This document shows positions 27,990-37,392 of a stretch of DNA of 64,000 bases, piece after piece. Both the position numbers and the translations under genes were made by a program. The notes below the pieces were generated by a model. The model did no database searches and was not told the DNA's origin. It saw nothing but the letters and a program-made list of their open reading frames with translations. Every line of letters starts with the position of its first letter. Position 1 is the stretch's first letter. The stretch is from Chloroflexota bacterium (GTDB taxonomy: Bacteria > Chloroflexota > Dehalococcoidia > Lucifugimonadales > JACPQL01). Location: NCBI GenBank assembly GCA_016190445.1, contig JACPQL010000049.1, positions 3,710 through 67,709 on the forward strand. Direction: 5' to 3'.

Positions 27990-28895
27990 ATGGCTGAGCA
28001 GACCACCGGGGCATCCGTTGAGATAGTGCGACTACCGCTCAGGGACCGCATCCCCGGGTTGCGGTTCTGGATGCGAGTGATGTCGGTGCGGTTGGCAGTG
28101 CCGTCTCTGGTGATCGTCCTGCTGACCACGTTTACGGCCCTGTTCGCACCTCTCCTGGCTCCCAGGGACCCCAACGACGTGATCTACTCCGATGCCTTCA
28201 GCAAGCCTTCCACCGAGTACTGGCTGGGGACGGACCGCCTGGGGAGAGACCAGTTGAGCAGGCTTATCTACGGGGCGCGCATCTCCATGCTGGTGGGCGT
28301 GGGGGCGGTGGGCTTCGCCGTGGTGATAGGCGTGGCCATCGGGCTCAGCGCGGCCTACTTCGGAGGGTGGGTTGACGAGGTGCTGATGCGCGTCCAGGAC
28401 GCGCTGATGGCCTTCCCCAGTCTACTGCTGGCCCTGGCGCTGGTTGCCGCATTAGGTACCGGACTGCACAGCATAATGGTGGCTATCGGGCTGGGGTTTG
28501 TCCCATGGGTGGCGCGGCTTATCCGAAGCCAGGCCCTCTCAGTCCGGGAGAGGGACTATGTGCTGGCGGCCCGCTCCATAGGCGCAGGCCATCTTCGCGT
28601 GCTCAGCCTGTACATGCTGCCCAACAGCATCGCGCCGGTCATTGTTCAGGCCACCCTGACCATAGGGTACTCCATCATCATCGAGGCATCCCTCAGCTTC
28701 CTGGGGGTGGGAGTCCAGCCCCCCACGCCCACGTGGGGAGGTATGCTCAGAGTCGCCTTTGATATAATGGAGCGGGCACCGTGGCTCACCATCGCCCCCG
28801 GGGTTGCCATATGGCTGGTGGTGACGGCCTTTAACTTCCTTGGGGATGCCCTGCGGGACACCCTGGACCCCCGGCTGCGGGGTGTACTGAAGTAG
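27990..28895 (+). CDS. ABC transporter permease (DppC/OppC-like)
   Basis: GTDRLGRDQLSRLIYGARISM, RERDYVLAARSIGAG, 6-TM profile. Confidence 0.92.
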   Translation: MAEQTTGASVEIVRLPLRDRIPGLRFWMRVMSVRLAVPSLVIVLLTTFTALFAPLLAPRDPNDVIYSDAFSKPSTEYWLGTDRLGRDQLSRLIYGARISMLVGVGAVGFAVVIGVAIGLSAAYFGGWVDEVLMRVQDALMAFPSLLLALALVAALGTGLHSIMVAIGLGFVPWVARLIRSQALSVRERDYVLAARSIGAGHLRVLSLYMLPNSIAPVIVQATLTIGYSIIIEASLSFLGVGVQPPTPTWGGMLRVAFDIMERAPWLTIAPGVAIWLVVTAFNFLGDALRDTLDPRLRGVLK

Positions 28896-28983
28896 GGCAG
28901 GGGAGGTTCCTGGGCGCTCTGAGGAGGTCGCTGAAAAGCTCCGTTTTCCAGTGATGGCTCCCTTCCCCACCAGGGGCGGCCTG

Positions 28984-29469
28984 TTATCGGGCTGCGGGCC
29001 GGTATACGGCTACGACGGTCTTCGTGTAGCGCATGAACTCAAAGAGGTATGTCTGCCCCGTGCGGAGGGCCCGGAAGGCGTCATCGGATATGCCGAACCG
29101 ACGTCCTCCCACACGAACGGCGGCATCTTTCCCAGAGAAGAAGAGACCCCAGCCCCGTTGCCGTGCCAGGGACGTGACCTCACCCACCAGGGTGGCGTGA
29201 GGCCGCAGAAAGTCCAGGACGGACTGCACCACCCGCATCAGGAAGTAGCCCAGGATGATTACATACAGGTAAGTGATGGCGGAGCCTTCGGCAAAGGCAC
29301 CACCCCACAGTCCCATCCCCAGCATGGCCCCCGCAAAAACCAGGGATGCCACCAACGGAACGTAGCGGACGCCCCGCATCTCTACCCAGACTCTGGTGAA
29401 TGCAGCCCCACACCGAGAGCAGCGGTGGTCGAGGCCCAACTGCGGGTGCTGGCAGGGAGTGCCGACCAT
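28984..29469 (-). CDS. hypothetical membrane protein with an N-terminal Cys pair
   Basis: 161 aa, CxxC-like N-terminus (HRCSRCG), two hydrophobic helices. Starts 7 nt after the upstream TPR gene. Confidence 0.45.
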   Translation of the reverse strand: MVGTPCQHPQLGLDHRCSRCGAAFTRVWVEMRGVRYVPLVASLVFAGAMLGMGLWGGAFAEGSAITYLYVIILGYFLMRVVQSVLDFLRPHATLVGEVTSLARQRGWGLFFSGKDAAVRVGGRRFGISDDAFRALRTGQTYLFEFMRYTKTVVAVYRPAAR

Positions 29470-29475
29470 GTCTGT

Positions 29476-30312
29476 CTACTCTGCCTCCCTCTCTTCATCC
29501 TCGTAGTTGTCCTGAGACTCTTGCTCGGCCAGAGGGGTGGGAGCCATAGCGGTCTCCCCTTCTTCCTCCTCTGTCCAGGCGACGGGGAGTTCTCTCTCCG
29601 TCTCCTCCCCGTCCTCCTCCTCCAGGTCATACGAGAGGGTCGGCTCGCTTACTGCGGGCCCCTTCTCGCTGGCCGGGAAGGAGGGGATGCCCTGAAGCAC
29701 GGGGTGGCGATACGTCTCGTGGATGATGATAGTCACCTGGCGCCCGCCAACGCTGCCGATGGCGGCTTCGTACTGGTTGCCGCCCATGATGAGCCGCACA
29801 AGGCGGGAGGCCAGCTTTGGCTCCACTGTGCCCAACTCGCGCCCGTCTGCGTCCTGCACCACCAGGGTGCTTCCGGAGACCTTCAAGGCCACGGGGTCAC
29901 CGGCGGAGAGAGAGGCCAGCACCTGCGCGGGGGCGTCACTCTGGAGGACGGTCACGCCGCTCTTGCTGCCCTCCTTGATGAAAAGCTGAGGGGCCAGCTT
30001 GCGGCTCTCCTTGGGCCGGCGAGGGGTCTCCTTCAACTGCTCCAGTCTATCCAGGTTCTTCCTGGCTATGGCATTGGCTGGGGAGAGGTTCAGGGCCGTC
30101 CCGAAGGCCTCCCTGGCCTCGGCGTACCGGCCCAACTCGGAGAGCGCCTTCCCCAAGCGATTGTACGCCTCCACATCGTCGGGGAAATGCTCCACGATAA
30201 GGCGGTTGACTGCGGCCGCCTCTTCCCACCTACTATCTATGGCCAGACTGATGGCTTCCTTTGCCTTCTCCCGATGGAGCTTTGCCAGGTCCTCTCCTTG
30301 TTGGATCACCAT
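29476..30312 (-). CDS. TPR-repeat protein with an acidic C-terminal tail
   Basis: VEAYNRLGKALSELGRYAEAREAFGTALNLSPANAIARKNL (TPR-like), with a Glu/Asp-rich C-terminus. Confidence 0.6.
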   Translation of the reverse strand: MVIQQGEDLAKLHREKAKEAISLAIDSRWEEAAAVNRLIVEHFPDDVEAYNRLGKALSELGRYAEAREAFGTALNLSPANAIARKNLDRLEQLKETPRRPKESRKLAPQLFIKEGSKSGVTVLQSDAPAQVLASLSAGDPVALKVSGSTLVVQDADGRELGTVEPKLASRLVRLIMGGNQYEAAIGSVGGRQVTIIIHETYRHPVLQGIPSFPASEKGPAVSEPTLSYDLEEEDGEETERELPVAWTEEEEGETAMAPTPLAEQESQDNYEDEEREAE

Positions 30313-30404
30313 ATCTCTCCCTCCTGGGTGAGGGTTCTAAAGGGCGGGATGTGCGGCTTCAGGACGTTGCCTTGCCGCCAGCCCGCGCTTCGAGCCGTAC
30401 TCTC

Positions 30405-30812
30405 TCACTTGGACTCACCGCTCACAAGTGCCTGGTGCTCAGTCTTGATGCACCGGTCCATCACCACGTCCATACCGCGGCCCCGGGCCTCATCTGCTGC
30501 CTCCTGGCTCACAATGCCCAGTTGCATCCACACGACGGTGGCGCCTGTATCCGCCGCCTGCTCCACGATTGCCGGCACCTCCTCCGCCCTGCGGAATATG
30601 TCCACCACGTCCACCTGCACGGGGATGGACCTGAGGTCTGGGTAGCACCTCTCTCCCAGTACCTCGGCCACAGCCGGGTTCACCGGAATGACTCGGTACC
30701 CGTGCTCTTTCAAGTAGGCTCCCACCTGGTAGCTATCACGCCACGGCCTGGGCGAAAGTCCCACTATGGCGATGATCTTACTTTCCCTGAGGATCTGCTC
30801 GATGGTCCTCAT
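30405..30812 (-). CDS. CoA-binding domain protein (YccU/YneT-like)
   Basis: MRTIEQILRESKIIAIVGLSPRPWRDSYQVGAYLKEHGYRVIPVNP...VDVVDIFR...VVWMQLG. Start trimmed to ATG 30812. Confidence 0.8.
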   Translation of the reverse strand: MRTIEQILRESKIIAIVGLSPRPWRDSYQVGAYLKEHGYRVIPVNPAVAEVLGERCYPDLRSIPVQVDVVDIFRRAEEVPAIVEQAADTGATVVWMQLGIVSQEAADEARGRGMDVVMDRCIKTEHQALVSGESK

Positions 30813-30924
30813 GGCAGCATCTTGGTCACCTGGCGATGGCGAGTGCGGAAACCTTCCGCACCTAGATTGAACGAATGTCTCCGCCACGTCAAGGGGGTAG
30901 AGTCGCTATCTTTGGGAGAGTTGC

Positions 30925-31656
30925 TCAAGAGTCCTGGTACTGCCGGCTGAGGTGCCACCACCTGACCAGGACGAGGTCTCGCACCATGCGGGGGCCGTCC
31001 CGGAGCATGCGGACCCGGCTCTCCTGGCGGAAATACCAGTCTATGGGGACCTCTACCACTCGCAGCCCCATCTTGCGGGCCAGAAACAGGACCTCGGCGT
31101 CAAAAGAGAAGCCGCGCAGCCGCTGGACCGAGAATAGGCGCTCCGCCACCGGGCTGCGGAAACTCTTGAAGCCGCACTGGCTGTCCGATATGCCAGGCAC
31201 CGCCAGCAGGCGCACCAATAGGTTGAACAGGCGTCCCCAGAGGTGCCTGTACGCCGGTTCGCCGATGCGCTTGGCCCCCGGCGCCTCCCTGGAGCCGATG
31301 GCTATGTCATAGTCCTGGCACTGAGGGGGCAGGAACCGCTCCACCTCGGAGATGGGCATAGAGAGGTCAGCGTCACACAGGAACCGGAACTGGCCCAGAG
31401 CAGCCAGCATACCGTGGCGCACCGCCCACCCTTTGCCGCCATGCGGCACCCGTACCAGCCGGATGGCACCGGCAGACTCCTGTGCAAAGCCCTCCACCAG
31501 GGCGGCGGTGTCGTCGGTGCTGCCGTCGTCCACCACCAGCACCTCCCAGGAGAAGGGGCGGGTCTTCAGGAAGTCCAGCACCTCCCTGAGGGTGCCGCCA
31601 ATGCGCTTCGACTCATTGAAGGCCGGGATCACCACGGAGAGGGTCGGTTCGTTCAC
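30925..31656 (-). CDS. family 2 glycosyltransferase (polyprenyl-phosphate glycosyltransferase-like)
   Basis: LSVVIPAFNESKRI, VLVVDDGSTDDT, CDADLSMP. Confidence 0.85.
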   Translation of the reverse strand: MNEPTLSVVIPAFNESKRIGGTLREVLDFLKTRPFSWEVLVVDDGSTDDTAALVEGFAQESAGAIRLVRVPHGGKGWAVRHGMLAALGQFRFLCDADLSMPISEVERFLPPQCQDYDIAIGSREAPGAKRIGEPAYRHLWGRLFNLLVRLLAVPGISDSQCGFKSFRSPVAERLFSVQRLRGFSFDAEVLFLARKMGLRVVEVPIDWYFRQESRVRMLRDGPRMVRDLVLVRWWHLSRQYQDS

Positions 31657-31672
31657 GGCACACCACAGCCGC

Positions 31673-32896
31673 TTATAGCTGGTCCAGCTCGAAGGCCCGG
31701 TGCAGGGCGCGGACCGCGTCCTGGAGCCGCTCCTCCGCCACGATGCAGGTGATGCGTATTTCGGATGTGGTGATCATCTCTATGTTGATACCTGCCTCAT
31801 GGAGGGTCCGGAACATGCGGGCGGCGTAGCCGGGTGCGTTCTGCATCCCCGTGCCCACGATGCTCACCTTACCGAGCTTGTCGTCGCTGACCACCCCCGT
31901 GGCGCCAATGGAGCTGGCCACGGGCTTCACCACCTCCAATGCCTGGCGCACGTCACGGCGGGCGACGGTGAAGGTGAGGTCGGTCAGCCGCTCCATGCTG
32001 GCGTTCTGCACTATGGTATCCACGCTGACCCCAGCATCCGCCAGCGGCTGAAAGAGGTGGGCGGCGATCCCTGGCCGGTCGGGTACTCCTCGAACGGTGA
32101 TCTTGGCCACGTCCCGATCGTAGGCCACACCTCGTACCTTGTTCCGTACCTCCATGGAAGCGCCTCCGTGAATCAGGGTGCCCGTGGCCTCGGACATGCT
32201 GGAGGCCACCAGGATGGGGACGTTGTACACCGCCCCCAGCTCAATGGAGCGGGGGTGCATCTTGGCACCGTAGCTGGCCAGCTCCAGCATCTCCTCATAG
32301 CCTATCTCGTCCAGCTTCCTGGCCCCCGGCACCACCCGGGGGTCGGCGGTGAAGATGCCCTCCACGTCGGTGTATATCTCACACCGCGAGGCCTTCAGCG
32401 CTGCGGCCAGGGCCACCGCTGTGGTATCGGAGCCGCCCCGGCCCAGGGTGGTCACGTCCATCTCCCCGGTCACGCCCTGGAATCCAGCCACGATCACAAT
32501 CCTGTCCGAGTCCAGCTCCTGGTGGATGCGCGACGGGTCGAGGGAGGCGATGCGGGCCTTGCCGTGGGTGGCATCGGTGACGATGCCCGCCTGGCTGCCG
32601 CTCAGGCTGATGGCGTCGTATCCCTGGCTCCGCAGGGCCATGGCCATGAGGGTGCACGATACCAGCTCACCTGTGGAGAGCAGCATGTCCAGCTCGCGGG
32701 GGTCTGGGGCGGGTGTGATCTGGCGGGCCAGGGCGAGCAGGTCGTCGGTGGTGTTGCCCATAGCAGACACCACCACCACCATCTGGTTGGCTTGCTCGTA
32801 GCCTCGAATGATGCGACGGGCTACGTTGCGGATGCGCTCCGCATCCGCAACCGAGGTGCCGCCATACTTTTGGACTATGATAGCCACTGTACGCAC
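31673..32896 (-). CDS. lysC: aspartate kinase
   Basis: IVQKYGGTSVADAERI, VVVVSAMGNTTDDLL, GRGGSDTTAVALAAAL, tandem C-terminal ACT-like domains. Confidence 0.95.
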   Translation of the reverse strand: MRTVAIIVQKYGGTSVADAERIRNVARRIIRGYEQANQMVVVVSAMGNTTDDLLALARQITPAPDPRELDMLLSTGELVSCTLMAMALRSQGYDAISLSGSQAGIVTDATHGKARIASLDPSRIHQELDSDRIVIVAGFQGVTGEMDVTTLGRGGSDTTAVALAAALKASRCEIYTDVEGIFTADPRVVPGARKLDEIGYEEMLELASYGAKMHPRSIELGAVYNVPILVASSMSEATGTLIHGGASMEVRNKVRGVAYDRDVAKITVRGVPDRPGIAAHLFQPLADAGVSVDTIVQNASMERLTDLTFTVARRDVRQALEVVKPVASSIGATGVVSDDKLGKVSIVGTGMQNAPGYAARMFRTLHEAGINIEMITTSEIRITCIVAEERLQDAVRALHRAFELDQL

Positions 32897-32917
32897 TACC
32901 TCCCGGTTGGGCCAACC

Positions 32918-33862
32918 CTATTCTATCGCAATCACGTGGGCCCCCTGGGCGCTGGGACACATGACCTTGAAGGTGCCGGGGGCGTTGGCCTTGCTGGCGG
33001 CGTCCGCCATTTCGTAGCCGATGGTCATCTCCCGGTCCTTTGTGAGGGCCAGCACCGAGGAGCCGCTCCCTGACAGGAAGGCCCCCAGGGCGCCCGCCTC
33101 CATGGCCGCCCGGATGATGTGCTTCATGGCGGGGAAGACCTCCTGCCGCGCTGGCTGGTGGAGCCTGTCCTGCGTGGCGACAGCCAGCAGGCCCAGGTCT
33201 CCCGTGGCCAGTGCGTTCACCAGGAGTGCCACCCGGCCCATGTTGAACACCGCCTCTTCCCTGGTGACCTCTCTCGCCAGCACCCTCCGCATCTCGTCCG
33301 TGGAGAGAGGCTGGTCCGGCACGTACACCACGCACCGCAGGTCTGCTGGCAGGGGCACAGCCGCGGCTATCAGGCGGTCCCCGTCGCGCACCACAATGCG
33401 GCATCCCCCCAGCAGGGCCGGGGCCACGTTGTCCGGGTGGCCCTCCATCTCCGTGGCCAGCAAAAGCAGCCGCTCCTGGGGAAGAGGCTCCCCCAGGAGG
33501 GCATTGGCAGCCACAAGCCCTCCCACCACGGCGGCGGCGCTGCTCCCCAGGCCGCGCGCCAGGGGTATAGCGTTCTTGCAGGCGATGGAGAGCTCTGGTT
33601 CAGACTGGCCCACCTCGGCGAAGAGGCGACAGGCGGCCCGGTACACCAGGTTGTCCCTGCTCCGGCTCAGCTTCTCCACGCCCTCGCCGCACACAGAGAC
33701 GCCCGCTGGGCCGCCCATGCGGATACCCACCTGGTTCCAGGTGTCCAGGGCCATGCCCAGGACATCGAAGCCGGGGCCCAGGTTGGCGGTGGTGGCGGGA
33801 ACCTGTACGGTGACGGAGCGGCGCCTCATGGTATGCATTTCAAGTCCACGCGAGTATACCAA
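32918..33862 (-). CDS. thrB: homoserine kinase
   Basis: VQVPATTANLGPGFDVLGMAL, PLARGLGSSAAAVVGG (GHMP kinase motif). The exact start is uncertain. Confidence 0.9.
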   Translation of the reverse strand: MVYSRGLEMHTMRRRSVTVQVPATTANLGPGFDVLGMALDTWNQVGIRMGGPAGVSVCGEGVEKLSRSRDNLVYRAACRLFAEVGQSEPELSIACKNAIPLARGLGSSAAAVVGGLVAANALLGEPLPQERLLLLATEMEGHPDNVAPALLGGCRIVVRDGDRLIAAAVPLPADLRCVVYVPDQPLSTDEMRRVLAREVTREEAVFNMGRVALLVNALATGDLGLLAVATQDRLHQPARQEVFPAMKHIIRAAMEAGALGAFLSGSGSSVLALTKDREMTIGYEMADAASKANAPGTFKVMCPSAQGAHVIAIE

Positions 33863-33932
33863 TGGGACAGACAGGCTTCAAGGAAAGGACGCTTTGCTAT
33901 AATGGCACGGCAACTGAAGGAAGGAGGGTGGG

Positions 33933-34238
33933 ATGTCAGAACCTTTTGATGCCTATGTGGACCAATTCACGCTCTCTGTCGGCCCCTATGGAGTGGCACT
34001 GAACTTCGCACGGAGCAGTCCCAAGCCGACTGCAGCAGGCAGCGTTCCTCAAGCGGAGGATGTAGGAGCTGTCCGCATGAGTTTGGAACACTTCAAACTG
34101 ATGGCCTTTCTCATGGCACGGCAGGTTCGAGAAATCGAGGGGCAGCTCGGTATCGAGATCCCCGTTCCCGTCCAGATTATGAACGCACTGAGAATCGCAC
34201 CTGAAGACTGGCAAAAGTTTTGGCGTGAGGGACAATAA
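33933..34238 (+). CDS. DUF3467-like small protein
   Basis: YVDQFTLSVGPYGVALNFAR...VRMSLEHFKLMAFLMARQVREIE. Lies in a lower-GC islet. Confidence 0.55.
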   Translation: MSEPFDAYVDQFTLSVGPYGVALNFARSSPKPTAAGSVPQAEDVGAVRMSLEHFKLMAFLMARQVREIEGQLGIEIPVPVQIMNALRIAPEDWQKFWREGQ

Positions 34239-34240
34239 GC

Positions 34241-34573
34241 GTGCAAGAGCCAGAGATACTATCAAACCCTCTTCCCGTCATCCAGAAGTTGAAACATGAG
34301 TCCAGGCTTTTATACAATGGACATGCTCTGGTCCGGATGTTTCAGCGAGAACTTACCACGGAGCAAGTGGAGGCGGCTCTGAACTCTCGGGAAGCGGAGG
34401 TCATCCGAAACTACCCGGCGAGCGGTCGCCCCTCGGCCGAGTGTCTCATATTGGGGCAAGACCAGGCAGGTAAACGCCTGCACATTCTTGTTGCCTACCC
34501 AAAGGCTGAAGTAGTCACAGTCTACGAACCTACTCCACCAAGGTGGGCAACTCCCAGAGAAAGGGGGCGCTAG
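34241..34573 (+). CDS. DUF4258-like protein (putative toxin component)
   Basis: 110 aa, ...GHALVRMFQRELTTEQVEAAL...ECLILGQDQAGKRLHILVAY. Stop lies 2 nt before the next gene. Confidence 0.55.
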   Translation: MQEPEILSNPLPVIQKLKHESRLLYNGHALVRMFQRELTTEQVEAALNSREAEVIRNYPASGRPSAECLILGQDQAGKRLHILVAYPKAEVVTVYEPTPPRWATPRERGR

Positions 34574-34574
34574 C

Positions 34575-34892
34575 GTGAACTGTTCGTTCTGCGGACAGCA
34601 GATGGCAGACAGCTATACGACCTTTGTTGTCTGCAAAGGTAGTGCCGTCTACGTGGTAGAGCACGTCCCTTGCCTCTTGTGCCCTGCCTGTGACCACACT
34701 GTGTTTCGGCAGGAAGTGGCAAAACAGTTGGAGCGGTATACTTCAGGGCGAGTCGTTCCTCAGCGAAAAGCGCCGAGCGCATGGGCCTTCAGATGGGATG
34801 ATCCCATCATCGAGGTCACCAAGGATGGCGTGAGATTCGCCACACAGAACTCCCCTGTTTCTGTACGCGTAAGAGGAACGGCACCGGTATGA
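34575..34892 (+). CDS. YgiT/MqsA-type zinc-finger protein (putative antitoxin component)
   Basis: MNCSFCGQQM...VPCLLCPACDHTVF (CxxC...CxxC zinc ribbon). Confidence 0.55.
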   Translation: MNCSFCGQQMADSYTTFVVCKGSAVYVVEHVPCLLCPACDHTVFRQEVAKQLERYTSGRVVPQRKAPSAWAFRWDDPIIEVTKDGVRFATQNSPVSVRVRGTAPV

Positions 34893-34989
34893 CAAAGTTT
34901 CGCAAAGCGGTGCGTCACCAAGACACAATGGTGTTGCTGGCACCGCTTACTTGTGGTGGTTACCGATGCAGTCCCGCAATGAGGTGACA

Positions 34990-35937
34990 ATGCAAGCCCC
35001 GGCCCAGCCACAGCGCCGCCTTCCCCCCTGGCTCAAGGTGCCCATGCCCGGCGGGCCCAACTTCATGCAGGTCCGCCACCTGCTCCGCAGCGCGGAGCTG
35101 AACACCGTCTGCCAGGAGGCCCACTGCCCCAACATAGGCGAGTGCTGGGAGCGACGCACCGCCACCTTTATGATACTGGGAGACATCTGCACTCGCGCCT
35201 GCCGCTACTGCGCCGTGACCAGCGGCAGGCCCAGGGGGCTGGACCTGGAGGAGCCGGAGCGGCTGGCCAGGACGGTGCAGCACCTGGGGCTAAAATACTG
35301 CGTCATCACCTCAGTGAACCGGGACGACCTGTCAGACGGCGGTGCATACATCTTTGCCCAGTGCATCCAGAAGGTCCGGGAGTATGAGCCTGAATGCCGG
35401 GTTGAGGTGCTCATTCCCGACTTCGCCGGCGCCTGGTGGGCGCTCCGGGGTGTGACGGAGGCCCGCCCGGATGTGCTGAACCACAACATCGAGACGGTCC
35501 GCCGGGTGTTCCCCTATGTGCGCGCCAAGGGCAGGTACGACCGCTCTCTGGAGCTTCTGGCAAGGGCCAGGGCTATGGCCCCGGACATACTCACCAAGTC
35601 GGGCATGATGGTGGGCCTGGGGGAGAGCGTGGACGAGGTGGTGGATACGATGCGGGACCTCAGGGATGTGGGATGCGACCTGCTGACGGTGGGGCAGTAC
35701 CTTCGTCCTTCGCCCAGGCACGCCCCGGTGGAGCGGTTCTACCGTCCCGAGGAGTTTGACGCGCTGTGCGAGGTGGGGCTGGAGATGGGGTTCAGGAGCG
35801 TGGCTTCTGGGCCCCTGGTGCGCTCCTCCTACCACGCCGACCGTCAGGCGGCGGGGCTCGCTCCGCACCCGCGCGCGAAGTCGCTCTCGGAGGTCCCCTT
35901 CGAGGCCCCTTCAAGCCCAGGCCGCGACCCCAGGTAG
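34990..35937 (+). CDS. lipA: lipoyl synthase
   Basis: LNTVCQEAHCPNIGECW, TFMILGDICTRACRYCAV (radical SAM CxxxCxxC), SGMMVGLGE. Start set to ATG 34990 (GAGGTG upstream). Confidence 0.93.
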   Translation: MQAPAQPQRRLPPWLKVPMPGGPNFMQVRHLLRSAELNTVCQEAHCPNIGECWERRTATFMILGDICTRACRYCAVTSGRPRGLDLEEPERLARTVQHLGLKYCVITSVNRDDLSDGGAYIFAQCIQKVREYEPECRVEVLIPDFAGAWWALRGVTEARPDVLNHNIETVRRVFPYVRAKGRYDRSLELLARARAMAPDILTKSGMMVGLGESVDEVVDTMRDLRDVGCDLLTVGQYLRPSPRHAPVERFYRPEEFDALCEVGLEMGFRSVASGPLVRSSYHADRQAAGLAPHPRAKSLSEVPFEAPSSPGRDPR

Positions 35938-35944
35938 CCGAAGG

Positions 35945-36589
35945 TCAGCGGCGCAGCCCAGCAAAGAAGGCGGTGGCATCGGCCACCGTGTGCCAAACGT
36001 AGTCTGGCGCCATGTCCAGCGCCTTCTCTGGGTGGAGGGAGCCCCACAGGGCGGCGGCACAGGGCACCTCCGCTCGGCGGGCAACCTCTACGTCCACCGC
36101 CCCGTCACCTGCCAGCAGCGTCTCTTCTGGAGGTATGCCCAGGGCCCGCAGAATGGAGTGGACGCCCGCCGGGTCGGGCTTCAGGATACCCAGGTCGTCC
36201 CGGAACACCGCGTGGTCAAAGGCCGAGTCCAGCCCGGTGTGCGCCAGCTCGGCCACGGCGACGCTGCGCGACTTGTTGGAGAGCAGCGCCAGGCCATAGC
36301 CGTCTCTCCGCAGGTCACGGAGCATCTCTGCAACCCCGGGAAACGCCCGGCTACCGGTCAGATGGTGCTGGCGGTAGTAGTGACCGTAGTGGGGCAACAC
36401 GCCGTCCACCCCGCCAAAGAGCAACTCAAGCTGCTCATGCAGGGAGCCAGCAAAGGTCCGCACTATCTCTTCCTCGGTGGGCACCGGCAGCCCCAGGCAG
36501 TGGGCGGCGTAGCGCAGGGCATCGCGGTGGACCGCAAAGGAGTCCAGCAGAGTCTGGTCCCAGTCGAAAACCAGCAGCTTGATCGCCAC
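35945..36589 (-). CDS. HAD-family hydrolase (phosphoglycolate phosphatase-like)
   Basis: KLLVFDWDQTLLDS (DxD motif), LLSNKSR, GDGAVDVE. Confidence 0.8.
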   Translation of the reverse strand: MAIKLLVFDWDQTLLDSFAVHRDALRYAAHCLGLPVPTEEEIVRTFAGSLHEQLELLFGGVDGVLPHYGHYYRQHHLTGSRAFPGVAEMLRDLRRDGYGLALLSNKSRSVAVAELAHTGLDSAFDHAVFRDDLGILKPDPAGVHSILRALGIPPEETLLAGDGAVDVEVARRAEVPCAAALWGSLHPEKALDMAPDYVWHTVADATAFFAGLRR

Positions 36590-36592
36590 GGC

Positions 36593-37363
36593 CTAGTCCT
36601 GGGCCTCCGGGAGGACCCAGCCTGGGCGCACTGGAGGCTGGGGATAGACCAGCACCCTGAAGCCACCTCTGTCCTCCCCCATCAGCCCCGAGATCTCGAT
36701 GCTGGCGGGGGCATCGCTGAGGTACTGGGGCCGGCCATTCACCAGGCGGAATGGCCGGTCGTGGCCGGGGTAGACCACCTGAGACAAGTCCAGCATCCGC
36801 CTTATGCTCTCCTTGGACTGGCGAACACTCCAGAAGACCAGGGCGGGCTGTCCGCGGGTGAGGCAGCCGGCGTCGGAGAAGGCGTCCCCTGCCAAGACGA
36901 CCGGCCCCTCATGCGTCTCCACCAGAACGCTTATGTGGCCCTTGGTGTGCCCCGGCGTGTCCACAATGCGCACGCCCGGCGCGACCTCCATCCCCTCCTT
37001 CACCTCCACCACTTTCAGGCCCTGCATAATAGCTGTGAAGTATCTGGGGGTAGCCCAGTCCCCCTTGCGAGGGTCCCGGGCGTACTCCATCTCGGCGGGA
37101 TGGATGAAGAAGCGCGCCTTGGGGAATAGGTCAATGTTGGTGGCATGGTCCCAGTGGGAGTGGGTCAGCACCACTATGTGGATATCCTCGGGAGCGATAT
37201 GGTGGGACTCCAGAGCGGCCAGCAGGTTCTCCCGGCGACCCATGTGGGCTACATCCACCAGTATGTTCTGGGTGCCGCGAATAAGGGCCACTGTGGAGAG
37301 TCCCAGCCTCGTCTGGTCAGTGCCGACTGACAGACCCGAAAGCAACACCTCAATGTTGGGCAT
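36593..37363 (-). CDS. MBL-fold metallo-hydrolase
   Basis: VVLTHSHWDH (HxHxDH), TPGHTKGH. Start trimmed to ATG 37363 (AGGAGG upstream). Confidence 0.85.
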   Translation of the reverse strand: MPNIEVLLSGLSVGTDQTRLGLSTVALIRGTQNILVDVAHMGRRENLLAALESHHIAPEDIHIVVLTHSHWDHATNIDLFPKARFFIHPAEMEYARDPRKGDWATPRYFTAIMQGLKVVEVKEGMEVAPGVRIVDTPGHTKGHISVLVETHEGPVVLAGDAFSDAGCLTRGQPALVFWSVRQSKESIRRMLDLSQVVYPGHDRPFRLVNGRPQYLSDAPASIEISGLMGEDRGGFRVLVYPQPPVRPGWVLPEAQD

Positions 37364-37392
37364 ACCAGCCTCCTGCCCCAGAGTGGCCCCTA

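Noticed and set aside
28951-30645. 564-aa plus-strand ORF, the longest unassigned ORF in the track
   Set aside because: It lies antisense to three well-supported minus-strand genes (membrane protein, TPR protein, CoA-binding protein). It is rich in Arg/Gly/Pro/Leu/His with no recognisable motif or RBS. This is the typical antisense open frame of GC-rich DNA.
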